Positions 12,281 to 37,906 of a stretch of DNA of 64,000 nucleotides are shown piece after piece. The translations under genes were made by a program, and so were the position numbers. Source of the DNA: Strigamia acuminata (Eukaryota); NCBI GenBank assembly GCA_949358305.1, contig OX442314.1, positions 18,662,001-18,726,000 of the forward strand, written 5' to 3'. The notes beneath the pieces were generated by a model. The model searched no databases and had not been told where the DNA came from. It saw nothing but the letters and a program-made list of their open reading frames with translations. The first letter of the stretch is position 1, and the number at the start of each line of letters is the position of its first letter.

Positions 12281-15200
12281 TCATTCACCTCTTTCAAAAA
12301 GTTCCTCGTTAAATGGTTCTATTGACTAATACAAGATTTGTGACAATTCTTGACGGTGTTCCACAAAGAGGATGACAATGATCAATTTGAACGTATTAAA
12401 AACCACACACTAATTTTACAATAACCCTATAATCTCTTAATGAATTTGCTAAATTAGTTGAAAATAATTTATTTCCTATATACAGTTTTTATACACTATA
12501 AATAGGCCTAAAATTAAATGCAATATTGGAAGAAAGACGTTTTGATACACTTATTTGAATTTATCCTTCATTGGTTTATTACTTTTAGAAAGTACACCAC
12601 TAACTGACTTCTGGTTAGAAGCGATCCTAGACGTTAGCTGTAAAATAATTTAACTTAGAATTGTTATAACCAACCCACCAAACTTTATTACCGAAGAAGG
12701 ATGCAAACTTCTCGTCTGCAGAATGTTCAACCCCAATTGATCCTGCTATGAACGAACAAACGAATATATTACTCCACACTATTTTCAAATATTGTTGAAA
12801 TACATACTCGCTTTGCCGAAGTCCATTTTCTATCATGTTTACAATATCTACAACGAAATATCTCGTGCATGGTTGGCATCATAGCAACATGACGAGATGG
12901 GCTTTCCTGCTAAGCATAATTAAGGTCAAACTGGTCAAAGGCTTATTAACTTGTAACTTACATCGAACCCATTTGATACAGACATATCTCCAATGCCTTT
13001 CCTAACCTGATGTATATCTTTTTCAGTTTGTGTTGTATGATACTGCTCATGTAATAATCTGAGGTGGAAATTTTGTGATAACTTCGCGATAAATTAATTA
13101 ATTCATTCATTTAGCTAACCTAATTTCTTCTTCCTGCTCCGCTATGACCACTTCTCTCTTATTAATGTCTTCCATCGACTTTTTCAAATTGAGGCGTAGA
13201 TTCTCAATATGATTGTCCCGCTCTTTAAGTTGCTCGAGCAATTCATTCATTTCTCTTTGCTGCAGCTCAGCTAGATTAGCCGGCATGTGGCGCTGCTTCA
13301 AAGTGCTAATTTGGTTCCGCAATTCCACAACAATTGCATCCCGCTGATCAAGTTGCAACTTAAAACTGGCATTTTCAATGCTAAATAAACCATCACAAAC
13401 GGTATATCAGCATTTTAAAACACAAAAAAATCAAATCAAACCTCAAGTTCTGCACAAGTCGTTCTAAATTCATAGCGTATCGGCCTTTCCTAGAACCAGG
13501 TATAGTCGATGGTCGCCTGGTCCTTTCCGCCATCAGTTCATTACTCTTTTCTTGCAATGCTATTCAATGTACAGCACCATTAATAACAACAAAATCAACT
13601 GAATTTCAATTAAAACCAATGACAAGTCCAAAAATCAACCGAAAGTTATCGGAAACCGACATTACCCTTTATTTCCCCTTTCAAATCTTCAACTAGATTT
13701 TCCTTTTCCTCTAATGCACCACTCAGATGATTAATTTGATATTTTAATTGTACTACTGTATCTTCGTCGTGCTCACGTTCCGTTTCCTGGATGTCACTTA
13801 CTTCTGGACTGGGACTTAGGTCAACCAACTTACCCTCAAACTCCTGTTGCATCGCTTCCAATTTTTCCTATAGGAAGAAACAGCAATTAAAAAATAAAAT
13901 TAGCTTAATGAAATAGACCGGAAGAAATGAAATTGAAGGTAAAAAATGCCACAACTGACCGATAGTTCTTGAATCGTAGCCTCTTTCTGTTCTAAAAGCG
14001 AAAAGTTCTAAGAGAAATAGTAAAAGTAAGAGAAAAGGTAGGAAGTGCAGAGTTAAAAAAAAAAAAATTAAGGAAATCGAAGAAAAAGAAAGAAAAATAT
14101 TTTTTTTTCCACTAATTAGAAACTCACTTCTTCAACATTTTCTTTCAATTTTTCTATTTCGTTGCTTTTCTCCATCAAAATGGCGTCACGCTCTTCCTCC
14201 GCTTTGCGCTGAGTAGCGGCTATTGCTTTGTCCACCTCCTCTTGCATCAATTTCTCTCCTTCAATCCTGAGTGTTTCTTTAATTTCTTCGATTTCTCTTT
14301 CCTTCTCAGCGTCCTTTTCCTTCAATTTATTATCACAAACAGTTTTAAGTTTCTTTTCCATCTCGTCTCTATCATTCCTCGTTGTCTTTTTGAACGTTTC
14401 AAATTCCTTCTTAAACTCCTGTAACAACTTTTCTTTATCTTTGATGGTCTCTGTTAAATTGTTTAACTGTTGAAGGATCAATTCGCCGCAATCTGAAAGC
14501 CAAAATGTCAATTTAGATTATTTTAAAACTCACTTGCAGTAACAAAATAAAAGCCGCAACCCACCGGTGTAGTCGGACTCCGGCACAACATTGCAGCTCA
14601 ACGTTTGCTCTATGTTGAATTGCCACCGATTCTCCCGTCTGTACATCTCCAAAATGGTTTCCTTCATCCATTCCAGAGTGTCAGCAACAACTGCGCCTTG
14701 AACTTTATTTATTACATCATTCAACGCGAATTGCCATCTTCCTTTAATTTTCATAGCATTCTATTGTCAATTAAAATTAAAACTCAATATATTTTCATTG
14801 ACTTAACATACACAAATCGGTGCAGTGTGTGATACCGTAAAAGGATGCAGAGTGCGACAACTACGACTAAATGTGAAATTATTGTTGAAAGAAATCATAC
14901 TTTTCAATCTTTTTTTTTTTTTTTACCTCGGCAGTGCCCAATAGATCCATCAAAACATTTTTCGACATATTTTCCTCCTGCTGAGTTAGTTTAAATTGTC
15001 GAACTAGGCCTTTCAATTCGGCAATTTTTCTCGACATTTCGTTCCGTTCGGTGGCCAACTGCTCAATGGCAGTGACAACGCTGCGTGTCGATATTGCCCC
15101 CGTAGGTGGAACCGTGCCCGGAATAGCAAAAGTCGTTTGAATCACTTGTCGACGAAAACTATCGAGCTAAAATCATTCAATTTTATTCCCGTATTAATCA

Positions 15201-18200
15201 CGGCACTTTGCATTTAATTAGATTCAAACCTCAAGTTCAGTTTCCGTCAGTTTCTGCCTCAATTCTTTCTCCATCTGTTCTAAATTTCGACATTTCTCCT
15301 TCAAACTCGACAATTCTTGGTCGACTTCCCTCTTTTCGTATTCCAAACGATCGAAACTTTCCTTAACTTGCATATTCATCGCCTCTAACGTCTTGATCGT
15401 GTCTTGAGTTGTTTCCCGTAAACTAAATAAAGTCGACAACGCTTGACTCAATTCGCTCTCAAGTTTTTCTCTATTGCTCCTTTCTTCATTTAAATCGGAT
15501 GACAAATACTCGTTCTCACTCTTCAAAGCTTTCACAGACTCCATCTCTCTTTTCAAAGTTTCTTCCATGAGAACGAGAATATTATTTACGTCCACGAGCT
15601 CAACATTGCGCACCGAACTTTCTAGCGACAACGTCTTAGCCTCGCTGGAGTTTTCAATGTACAACTGCAAACCAACAAAACTAATAAAACCCCACGTGAC
15701 AAAATTTGGCAACATTACCTTCACAATGTGAACCAGGTGATCTCTCGTCCCGTCCATTTTTTCCAACGACCGATCGCGTTCCACTATCAGAGTGTTTATG
15801 CAATCGTCTTTCTCTCGTATGGTGTCTTCCAAGTTGGCTACATTTCTTTCCAATTCATCGATATTCTTGTTTAATTCCGTAACTTTATCTTCTTTATCGA
15901 GCAGGCACTTGGTCTGAGTCTTAATGACGTCATCTTTATGATTTAAATCTTCGTTCAACTTTTTCACTTTTTTTTCGTTATTGTTCATCATTTCCTTGTG
16001 TTCGTTCAAACATTCCTCCTTTCTCTCCATTTCGTCTTTCAACTCGCTAATTTGAGCGACACGATCGCCGATATCTTTCGATTGTCTTTTATTGATTTCC
16101 TCTCTATTACGAGACACTTCTTCGAGTCGTCGAATAATCTCATCTCGTTCGTTGATCCGTTTGACTTGTTCTCTCAGCACTTCGTCTTTTTGTTGTATGG
16201 TACGAACTTGTTCCAAAATAAATTCTTCCTTACTCTGAAGTCCTGAATAAATTAAATAAATTAATTTGTAAAAATGAATAAAACAAATCCAAACAAACCT
16301 CGGATGTACGTCTTAATGATTGAATCTTTTTCTTGTATATTCCTTTCATGAACTTTCATTGCAGCATCTTTATTAATCAGATCTTTGGCCATTTGGGACA
16401 AAATATCAGATAAAACTTTTTTATCCCGTTGAAACCGATTTAATTCATCACGAACCATTCGCGCCTCTTTCTCGCGAAGTTCGAGAAAAGTCTCTAATTT
16501 GGCTGCACTTCCATCTTGATCGACCGTTTTCAAATCGTGCATCTATCGAATAAAAGTCCAATACACCAATGAATTCAACATAAACAACAAAAAGCGTCAT
16601 TCTAACCTGTTCACTCAGTTGTCGCAATTCGTTATGTTTTTCCATGGTTTCGTCAATGTTCAATTTATAATTTGTATTTTGATCTGCAAATTGAGTCCTC
16701 GGACTCGATTGGTTACTCGCCGCTAGAACGTTATGCAGTAACCGAAAATCCAAGCCAACATCAACCGGATTGTTTATATATTTTTCGAACAGTGAAGATG
16801 AATACGGGATGTCTTCGGTGCTCTCTTTGGTAACTTCAATTCCAGGCTGAGGAATTATTTCGTCACCAGAATACGCTGCGTGCGAAATTATCAGCATCAA
16901 TATTTGTAAATTAAATCAATTTGGCAAATTGCTCACATCTCTGCAAAGTTTCTTTGTATTTCTCACGGTTTGCAGATAAACTTCCATGGCTTAATGTTCT
17001 TCTTAATGATGCACTGCTTGGCTTTTCGACATTAATCGGTGGAACCGGGCTTTGCCGCTTCTTTTCTCCACTTTGTTGCAAAAATTGATGCGGATTGCTC
17101 CCACTTGCAATGGAAATTGGTGGAAAAGTTACGGAGGAAAGTTTAATGGGAGAATGATCCAAAGACAGAGTTCTTGTAAAAATCTGCAAAACAGATTTTT
17201 TTTTTTTTTAAATAAAAATCATTTCATTTCATTTTTATCTGGGCTGAAAAAAATAAGCTAAACGTTGTTATTGATTTGGTTCAAATGACAAAAAAGAAAC
17301 AAAAAAAAATTCATATCGAAATTTAATTACACCAAACACATAAAGGAAATGTTCATTAAGCTTAAATGAATGTGAACGAATATACATCATCAGAGAATGA
17401 CTTTTTCAAATCTGTTAAGATTTAGTTGCTGTATGACAATGTAAAGGTCAAATTCAAATGAAAAATTAGATGCAGTGTGACACAGGTCCAAGTGTCAATA
17501 AAAATCCCATTACAGATTAACAATTTAGTCTAATGTTGAATTGTCATCAAAGTATCAGACAAGATAAACAAGCAGTCTGTTTTTGTTGTTTGCATTAATG
17601 ACCAGTGTCTGCTCTATACTTTCTGAAAATAGCAACTATTTTTTCCGTGTCAGAATGGTATTTATAACATCTAATATTTCTAATTTAATGTACTTTTCAT
17701 TGCAATTTCCAAAGCCGAGTATCATTATATCTTAAGATAAGTCATTTATGGTTCAGGAATTAAACTCCAATTAAAATTTCATTACAAAATGTCAATGTAA
17801 ACACGGAAATTCTGCAAATACAATACAGAATAAATGTATTTCATTTGGAACCATTTAAATATTTCTTCTGCTTAAGTTGGGAAACGAGTCAGAATTTGCA
17901 GAAATCGTCTCTGCTTTTGTAAAGAAGAAAATGATTTCAAGTATTTGTGACTTACTTTAGGAATTTCACCGCAACAAAGTTTGTATTCGTCTCCCACGAT
18001 ATCAAATTTGATGATGTCACCGGGAGCTAGTCGGATTGACGAATTCCGAATTAAGCATCCATTGACGAAAGTACCATGTTGTGAATTGAGATCGTTTATG
18101 ATAAAACTCCGCTCGGTGTCGCTGAATTCCAAAACTGCGTGTTTGTCGTCTGCTAGTGGTGACTACACAAAACAAAAACACATTAGTATTTTTTTAACTT

Positions 18201-19692
18201 TCAGTTAATTACCTCAAACTGACATCAAAAATGCAAAATGCAGCTGTTTAAAGTTTAAAGTAGAAAGAAAAACACATAAATAACCAATTTTTTTAAACAT
18301 TAATTTCAGTTTATGTAACTTTTTTGCTTTCACTCGTTCTATTTTAATACTTATTGAAATTAATTATTAGACAGACACTTTTATCGTGCAATATCACACG
18401 CAAAATAGCATTAAATATTTAACCATATATATCGTATTTATACAAAAGAGCAAGCAGCTGGTTTTCCATTGTGACAAAAACTAGATCCCAATTATACTGT
18501 ATAAACCTTTTTTTTTTTAAGTTTGCAATATGTAACACCGGGTAACACCATCAAATGCAATAGAGCACAAATTTTCCTATTTGCCATGCCACATGTTCTT
18601 TGCACATACCCTAAAAATAATTTATTATAGTGCCTAAGATTTTATTACATTCCAAAGCTAACATCGCATATTGCAATGAAATGATAATGATGCACCACGA
18701 GGGTCAGTGAATCCTAGTCAACATTTTTTTCCCCAAAAAACCATTATTTTGTAAATAAAAATAATTTTTTTTTAAGTGCCACAAAAAATTGTCGCCCAAA
18801 CAAATGTTTTTCTCTTCAATCCGAACCACAAACACAATAAGTTCAGTTATTACTACGAGCAAACCTGGCACGTCATACCCACAAAAAACGAGACATAAAT
18901 AAAAGAAAAATAATGCTAAAACAAAATAAGCGGGTCACAATCACAAACCACGGATTAAAAACGTTTCTAATGCCTTTCTGTCGTGTTGCTATTTTCGAAT
19001 GCAACCATAATACAATGAATTATTAAAATATAAAGTTATAAATATAAAATGTGCTCTCTCTTTAAGAGACAAAACGGCCAAAAATGACAAATCCACCTAA
19101 TGGAAATTTGTTTTTCAAAACCAGAGTTTAAACTAAGAGCAAGTACAGAAATGGACACAAACATAATTCCATTTATTAAATTGAATTACCAAAAAAAAAA
19201 AAATAATAAGAATAAATAAACTAATAACAATCATTCTTGATTTATTTTTGGAGACCTAACTTTTTCTTGGGCGTGTCAAAACATCTATCTTTTTGTCTAT
19301 TGATTTGTACATTAAATACAATACTACTGGTAAAGCAGTCTAGATTTCTGGATAATAACAAGAATAATCTAAATCGCGACCATAACTAATGGCTTGTGCA
19401 TCATTTCCGAACAAAGTATCATAAAAAAAACTTAATTACTGCAGAATTTACATATTTGCATGCATTCACTACCAGACCTAAATACACATACGTAATACGG
19501 AAAGGCGGCGCCGTATTTTACAAAATCGTGATCAATTTCAATATTTCTAAGTAAATACATAAATACGTTGGGATAATGATTTTAATTTTAACTTACCGTT
19601 ATGTTAATATCACAATTATCTTTCCCAATGGTGGTAATTTTTTTGTGTAGCACAAAAACTTGGTCATCGCTAGTCTTCAAATAAAAGGACAT
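12281..19692 (-). CDS. FHAD1: Forkhead-associated domain-containing protein 1-like (N-terminal FHA plus long coiled coil); 3' end uncertain
   Basis: Exon 1 MSFYLKTSDDQVFVLHKKITTIGKDNCDINIT and exon 2 DKHAVLEF..DLNSQHGTFVNG..LAPGDIIKF form an FHA domain. Many E/K-rich coiled-coil exons follow (13107-16900). Confidence 0.75.
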
Positions 19693-20060
19693 CTTGACCT
19701 TTTCCAGCCGTCCTCCAAACACCGACGATCGCACAAACAAATCCCAATATTTTCGCCGACGGATTCATACAGAAGGATGAATAAAAGTCATTTTTCTGTT
19801 CCGTTTCAGTGAAAAGGATGTTAATTAATTAGTCGGTGCACACGGTCACAATAGGGAACTATGGTTTCGCTCCGATTGCATAATCCAATTTCATACTTAC
19901 AACGATTCTTTTATTCACTGATTTTTTCTTGAATTCATTGATACAAAATTATAGTTTTTCGCTTTCTTTTGCTTTTTTTTTACCTTTGCATTAATTGACT
20001 AAAATGTGCTGAGCTATTATTAATGTCGCCCCTCACGTGCAGCAGTGTTTTGGCATCATA

Positions 20061-20074
20061 GTTACCATGGCCAC
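20061..20074. promoter_or_regulatory. Near-consensus RFX X-box in the FHAD1/LZIC divergent promoter
   Basis: GTTACCATGGCCAC, one mismatch to GTTRCCATGGYAAC. Confidence 0.4.
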
Positions 20075-20227
20075 CAAAAATATTTTTTGAAAGCATTTCT
20101 TCAGAACAGAAATAACAAAACTTGTAGCCAGAATTTTCACGAGGATTCTTTAAAAAAAATGTTTGTTTTATCTTTATATTTAAATTATAATTAAACAAAA
20201 TGACCCCGCAGCCCGACCTAGCGATGA

Positions 20228-21105
<878 letters not shown>

Positions 21106-22479
21106 TGATGACGAAATAGCTGTTAAATTTCAAATTAATTACGGGATGAGTTGTAATAAATTATTTTCACCATCAGCTACAAATTGTCAGCATTTTTCTA
21201 ACAGCCAATAAAAGACCAATTCAATTGGCAGGCTTACTAGTTTTATTCTTATAAAGATGTTAATGTACAACAAGCAGAAAACTGTAAAAAGGAGGCAAAA
21301 TGATGAGAAATAAAATCACAATGACATTATTCTTTTCTTTATAAACAAACTTGCAAACGCTGCAAATTTATCCGTATACACAAATTGGCAAAGCTAATCT
21401 TTCTACAATCAATCCTCATTCCATAAAATAAATATTTCATTTAATACATATTATTTAAAGACGTATTAAACAAATATGTCCAAATTATTTAAATATGCAA
21501 TTACTAAATCTAATATTTCTAACAATTTTTTGACATTTGGTATTCACAAAAAATATATACAAAAAACTTAAAAATATTTGTCGTCGTTAACTCGGAACTA
21601 TCACCAAATCATTCAGCAGTGAACTTAATTCACTTGAGTTTGGTGCTTTTTATAAATAAATACTTCCCAGTAATAATAATTTAAAAATAGACTAAAAATC
21701 TGCTATTGATATTTCTCCCTTCATAACAGTCATTAATAATCTCGTTCACACGATCAGAAAAACAATAAAATAAATACAATCACAATTCGAGCTAAAAAAC
21801 AAACACAAAAAGAGAAAAATCTATTTAAAAAATATGAAGATGAAAACCTTAAAACATTTTAAGGCAAATATTTTCAGAAACAATTTCTGTTTCCACTTGG
21901 AATCCAATAATATGGCACATTTTGAGGATTCACTTCAGATTTTTCCGCAATGGAAAAAAAAGTTGCTTTTACACATTCTCAAAGCAAATAAACAAGTAAA
22001 GCCTTACTATACAAATCCTATACTTGTAAATAATCACATCGAATTGCTAATTAAAAATATTTCACTTTTTTTTTTCAAGCAGATTGACAAATTCTCTGTA
22101 CATCGAGCAACACGAAGCTGATAATACTTTTACCACTTGTCAAGTTTCATCGTTGCCAACGCGCACCAGCTTCGCAAATGTTTAATTCAGCCTTTGCAAT
22201 ATCTGAAATTTCAATTGTGTGTCTTACATTTCATTCTCCAGTCCCACTATTTGCTAAAATGTGGCTCCTACGTTTCACCTACTCTAAAATAACCTTCTAC
22301 AAGATTTAACATCAATACTCAGCTTTTTTTTTTGTTTTGTTTAAATAATAATAGTATAATAATAATTTGTAAAATTCATGATATAGTTTTTGCTTCCATA
22401 ACTTGAACGACATATAAACACAAATGACGAGAAAAATATCCTAAGCCTGAGAATAACTCGCAATTTCACAGTCATAATT

Positions 22480-32138
<9,659 letters not shown>

Positions 32139-33141
32139 TTTGGAATGAGAATTGAAATCTAATCAAAAACAAACAAATTTTATACATAAAAATTGTGTAG
32201 CAAACGTATTTCATTATTAATCATTCATTATAATATCACTAATATAATTTTATTACGTAATAAAATAAAATAAAAATAAAAATAAATGCTACCCGATATA
32301 TTTCTCCCGATTACATCTCCTAATTATAAACAATTTTTAATTGGATTTTACACATTTTCTCTTATTTCTACTTAAAGTCTGTTCTAAAACATCAATTGCG
32401 ATGAACCAATGGGTTTTCCCACTCACTGCCGTGCAGCGAAGCTCAAGTACAGGCGGTGCTTTTTTTTTTTTAAAACATTAAAAATATTTTCCAAATATTT
32501 TTATTTCCTCTTTTAAACCCACTAATAATCTCATCAAATAAATTCCAAAATCCCATTTTCCAATTAAAATAAAACGTAGTTTCTAGCTAATTAACATGAA
32601 CGCAACCAAAACGAAACAACTTCGAGCATAATTTAGCCATAACAATTTAATGATTCAATAAATTTCAATTAGGTTATTTCTTACATTTTTAAAAACATCT
32701 TGAATTCACATCAAGACGCCTTAAAAATGGCTGACTGCAAACCTGACATATTTGCTGCGTAAACTGCACAACCACCGACACAAAGCACGCAAAAAATGTA
32801 CGTTATTCACACGACAAAACTTACTTTTTAAAGCGTTACAACTATAAATGCGTTTTCACAAAAGAGTACGACGATTGCGGATTGCTACGTAGTGAAAATC
32901 TTCGACACAATGATTAGACTTTCGCCCAGCCACTGCATATCTTAAAAAAAAAACACACAGATACAAAATCGAAATCAATAAAACGGAGTAAGCGTGTATT
33001 TAAGCGAATAGAGAATCGTCAAATTTACCAACCATTAGAATACTAAAATTTCGTGAAATCAAACTGCTTATATTTATCCACAACAGATGCAATTCAGTCA
33101 AGATTTTTAAGGATGGGTGAGGAATTGTAGGAGTATCTAAT

Positions 33142-33176
33142 TGACGTCATCAGCTTTCGTACGTCCAATGACGTAA
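33142..33176. promoter_or_regulatory. CRE pair upstream of unc-104
   Basis: TGACGTCA at 33142-33149 and TGACGTAA at 33169-33176. Confidence 0.4.
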
Positions 33177-34171
33177 TTTGCTGCAGAGTTTTATCTCCTC
33201 TACCCCTAGTGTTTTGAATGGAATTTCTCTGAAGAAGAAAAATCAATATTGGCTCAATAAATAATGACAATTTCGGCGTAAACAGCTATAGATGAGTCTG
33301 GAATTTATCAATTTAAGCTAATAAATTTAACGCAATAAAAAAATATATATATATATAAAAAGGTTAAATGTTATCTCAAATTTTTTGTTTTTAATGATTT
33401 TATCAGTAAATGAATGATGCATAGAAAAATGTATTTGCCGGTTGGAAAATGAGACACAGTTACTAAACAAAGCGTAAAGTTGTATTGTAAAAGTTGTTTT
33501 TTTTGTTGGCATTTATGGTCATTTTTGCGTGAAAATAGTGGCAGGTATCGCGTTTCTCCGCGATGCCAACAATAAGTTGGATAAAACAACTACCGGCAAT
33601 GTCCATGAAAAGTAATTGTTTTGATTTTGTTTGTTTGTTCATTAATAAACTCTAAAATCACTAATTAAATCGATTTGATGCACACAAACTACCGAAATAA
33701 AACGTTCACAAACGATTCTCTTCTTTTAATTTACATTAATTAAGTTCGCGAGCTCGGAAAATGACACTCGATAGTTCCTAAACCAATGTAAACCGAACAA
33801 AAAGCACCGAATTTTGTGTTCTTAATCGGATTTTAACTCATGCTTACCTCCAATTTGTCCGTGATGCCTAAACTCGACGAATTATCCTCTCTCAAAAATA
33901 GACCGTCGCCATTTTGGCATATCATATCACATGTGAATGACTCAATGACATCACATTATGGAAGGAACTGTTTCCGGTTAAAATACGGAGGTCTAGAAGA
34001 AACCTCCATTTTCTTTATAAATTCCATGAGTGTGTTTGTGGCAATATAAAAATCGATAGAGCATTGCATTCAAAATTTATTTCTGTTAATTTTATTTACA
34101 TATTCCATTAATTTCAACAACAAAATCTAAACGGAACAAAATTCAGAAAAATAAAAATAATTTCTTTTTCT

Positions 34172-35759
34172 TCAAATGTTTAAGCAACCAAACTTTTGAA
34201 CTACATGATCAGTTGAATCCGAATCCGAACTTCCGCTAACGCTTTTTTCATACTTTCGCCGCACATCCCTATTTTCGCGTTGTTCTCTTCGCTTCAGATC
34301 TTTCCTTTGCTTGTTACTTAAGTGCTAAAAAAAATAAAATCAAAAATCAAAAATCAACATTATTCATTACAGTTCGATTACAAAGTATCCCAACCCTTTT
34401 CAATTCATTTCTTTGAATCACTGGCTTCGGTCGCTTTTGTTTCACTCCACTTTCAGCCAAATAACTCGAACTTTTATCTAAATCGCCAAAAATTCGTGTC
34501 CCGGTACCGTCCGGATGCCACAAACTGCTTTCTAAAAACATTTAAATAATTTTTAAATCAATTCTATTCATTAAAGCGACACAAAATACCTTCGTTCAAA
34601 CTCGCTGTTACAGCCAAGTTAATCAGATAATCAGTCGTGTCTTCAACATTTTGCTGGTAAGCATTTAACGCCTCTTCCACTAATATTGAATCACCACATC
34701 CACTTCGTTCCATTACTAATTGCACTTTATCTGAATCTGAAACTTCTTCTTCGTCTTCCGAAACGGGTTGTATGTTTTTCTTTTTGTAAGCTGATTTAAA
34801 ATTACTGTGACTAGTTGCCGGTGTATCGTCAATCTAGGAAAATAAACAATAGATAAATAAACTAATTTATGTCTTCAAAAATCGTTTTAAAATAAAAATT
34901 ACATTTAAATTAATGTTGGCAGGTTCGTGCGAATTGTCATCCGTTCGTCTAATACTGTTGTAATGATCGCCGTTGTGATAGGCGATGTGCAGTTCGCGTT
35001 GAGATTTACTTTTATCGCCTCCGTGAATCTAAAACATTATTCAATTGTAACTGCAAACAAAATAATTAATCAAATCATCTTACTTTCCACAATGGGCTAT
35101 TAAGTTGATGGATGACAACTGTTACGCCATTGCGTCGCGCAAATGCCACAATTGCATCGTTTCCCGCGTAAGTACCTATCGCTTGAAGATTTTTCACTAT
35201 AAATTTAGTAAATATAGTTAATGCTAAGGCATTTTTGTCTAAATAACTAGTGAAAAGATAAATAACACAATAATTAATTTACTGATGTACAATTTTGGAC
35301 TATTTCTAAAACTTATTTTTGTAGGATTGTGCAGAGATTGTTTGCTCAAAGAAACAAACTTCACGTTTACCATACGAATCAAAAGTAACATCGTCTTCGA
35401 TAAAGGGCTCAAAATCGAGTCGATATTGTCTCATGTATTCAACAGTATCTTCTCGATGTTGTTGATGGTTGTGAGTGTGACCTTCCAGTTGATCCCCAAG
35501 AGCACGAAATAAACAATTTCTGTTTTTTTTTAAAAGAAATAACATTAGAAATATTTTTAAAAAGTGATAAAAAAAATTTGTTTGTCGATGTTTTAATTTA
35601 CCCATCTCCAGGAATTTCGCGTAATTCCAATCCCATAGTTGCAAGTTGGTTATTAAATCCTGCAAAATTAACCTGTTCGTCTTTATTGGCACCATTTTTC
35701 CCCTTTTTTACCCTCTTATGAGTTGCTTTCGCATTTCTTTCGTCCCGTTTACGTGCCAT
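34172..35759 (-). CDS. OTUD3: OTU domain deubiquitinase 3
   Basis: [34 protein letters not shown] (catalytic Cys), [30 protein letters not shown] (catalytic His), UBA-like segment and basic tail. Confidence 0.93.
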
Positions 35760-36089
35760 TGTAGAAATTAGTAATCAACCGACGAGCAGAGAAATGAATT
35801 ATATCGACATCTATGTATACCCAAGAAATGTAGAAATCGGGATATAAACGAGTCGCCGCGGTTCGGTCTACGAACAGATCGATGCTCAATAATAACAAAT
35901 AGCGAATAATAGTTTTAATGAAATAATTAAATAGTTTTTTATAAATTAATTTAAGTTATTTCATAACAGTAAGTTTTAAATTTATTTTATCGAGGAAGTT
36001 TTTATATTTTGTTTCCGAAATTCAGAAGTCTAGGTCTAACTACAGCACGACGCAAATTGCACGCCTGTGGGTACAGCACAGCAAACAAA

Positions 36090-37906
36090 ATGGCGGAGAA
36101 AACAAATCCTGTTTCGTCAAATCCTTTAGAACAGTATGTTCTTTTAGCTAAATCAGCTAAGGGGGCTGCAGCTGTCGAGTTGGTTAAACAAGTATTAGAA
36201 GTATCAGGTCTTTATGTGTTCGGGGAATTATTGGATATGCCGAATGTCGCTGAAGTAAAAATAAAAAGGCTTAACAACTTAACAATTTCTAAATTTATTT
36301 ACATTTCAACAGTTAGCCGAAGGCCCCTATGCCAAGTATTTCAATTTACTTAATTTATTTGCCTACGGAACCTACTCCGATTACCTCGGTAAAATATAAA
36401 TGTTTTTGACTTCATGTTGTCGTATTTAAATCAATTTTATAATGTAACATTTCTAACCAACAGCAAACCAAGCAAATTTACCAGAATTAACTCCACTTCA
36501 GATTCAAAAACTGCGTCACCTCACCATAGTTTCATTGGCAACTAAAACTAAAGTATAAAAAAAAAGTTTTGCCCTTAAATTATCTAATTTTATTTTATTT
36601 TAGTGCATTCCATATTCGACGTTGTTGAAAGAACTGGATATGAAAAATTTAAGGGAGTTGGAAGATCTGATAATAGAAGTGATTTACGCAGACATCGTGC
36701 ATGGCAAATTGGATCAGAAACATAGTCAGTTGGAAGTCGATTACACTATAGGAAGGGACATCAGACCGGAGGATGTGCCCAATATCGTATCTGTTCTAAC
36801 CGATTGGTAAATTTAAATGAAAGAAACCCGTACATTTATTTACGTTTGGATTATTTACAGGTGCGACAGTTGCGAAGCCATTTTGAGCAACGTTGAGGCT
36901 CAGATTAATAAAGCAAACTCGAACAAAGACAGTCGAAATAAACACAAGACATTGTTGGAACAAGAGGTACAGAATAACAGTAAATTTATCGGAGTAAATT
37001 AATAATTTTACATGTAATAAAGGTTAGCAACATTAGGAAGATCCTAAAGAACCAAGCGCAGGATGTCGAGGAACAGATGGCGACTGACACGCGAGAGGTT
37101 GGAGCTCAGCCTGAAAAATTAATTAAAAAACAGCCAAAAACCAAAGGGTAAGTATTGTCTAATATGAAGGCAAATTTTAAAAAAAAAATTAAAAAAAAAT
37201 ATCTTTAGGCTGAGATATTTTAAAAAGAAATATACTAGCAGCAATTAATTATGTCAATTTCAGCAGATCGTGGCATTGATTGGTTGCTGCTGACACTGTT
37301 GACTTCAGTTTTATAGAACCTTTAATAAATTAGAATTTAGATTTTATTTTTTTAACTTTGTAATTAAAACGCCTGCATTTTCTTTGCAGTCATAAACATG
37401 CAACCATCAGAATTTAAGTTAAATTAATGAAGTTAGTTAATAGTTAAACGAGAAATCTATTTTCGAAATTTAGATTAATGTAAAAAAATGAAGTAGTTTA
37501 TTTCGAATAAAAGTTTGTAATGTTATGACTTAAAAAAATGATAACTGAAATTTAATTTGACAGAGAAGCAGCAGAACGAAAACGGAAAACTATGCTCGAT
37601 TCACCTGATAATTAACCCCCCTTATTATTATTATAGTAATGTAATTTGAAATATCAGCTTTTTGACCAAGTAAACAATTTTTTTTGTATTTTTTTATTTT
37701 ACATTCATGTTGTAATAAAAATAATTAGAAATTGTTTCGCCACAAATTTTGTACTTATTTAATCAAAACGCTGATATTAAATTCTAGAAAAATATTAGAC
37801 AATAAAATTACCAATAAATAGAATTTATAACAAATTTTAAATGATTTTTTTTGGATTAATCTACAGGCTACGTGGAAGTGGCAAATTCTGGTCAAAATCA
37901 TCATGA
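36090..37906 (+). CDS. COPS7: COP9 signalosome subunit 7 (PCI domain)
   Basis: [72 protein letters not shown]; distal last exon [13 protein letters not shown]. Confidence 0.95.

Noticed and set aside
15665..15718. Hydrophobic segment VMLPNFVTWGFISFVGLQ in the 330-aa ORF, suggesting a TM helix
   Set aside because: It is a 54-nt GT-AG intron that happens to be in frame and stop-free
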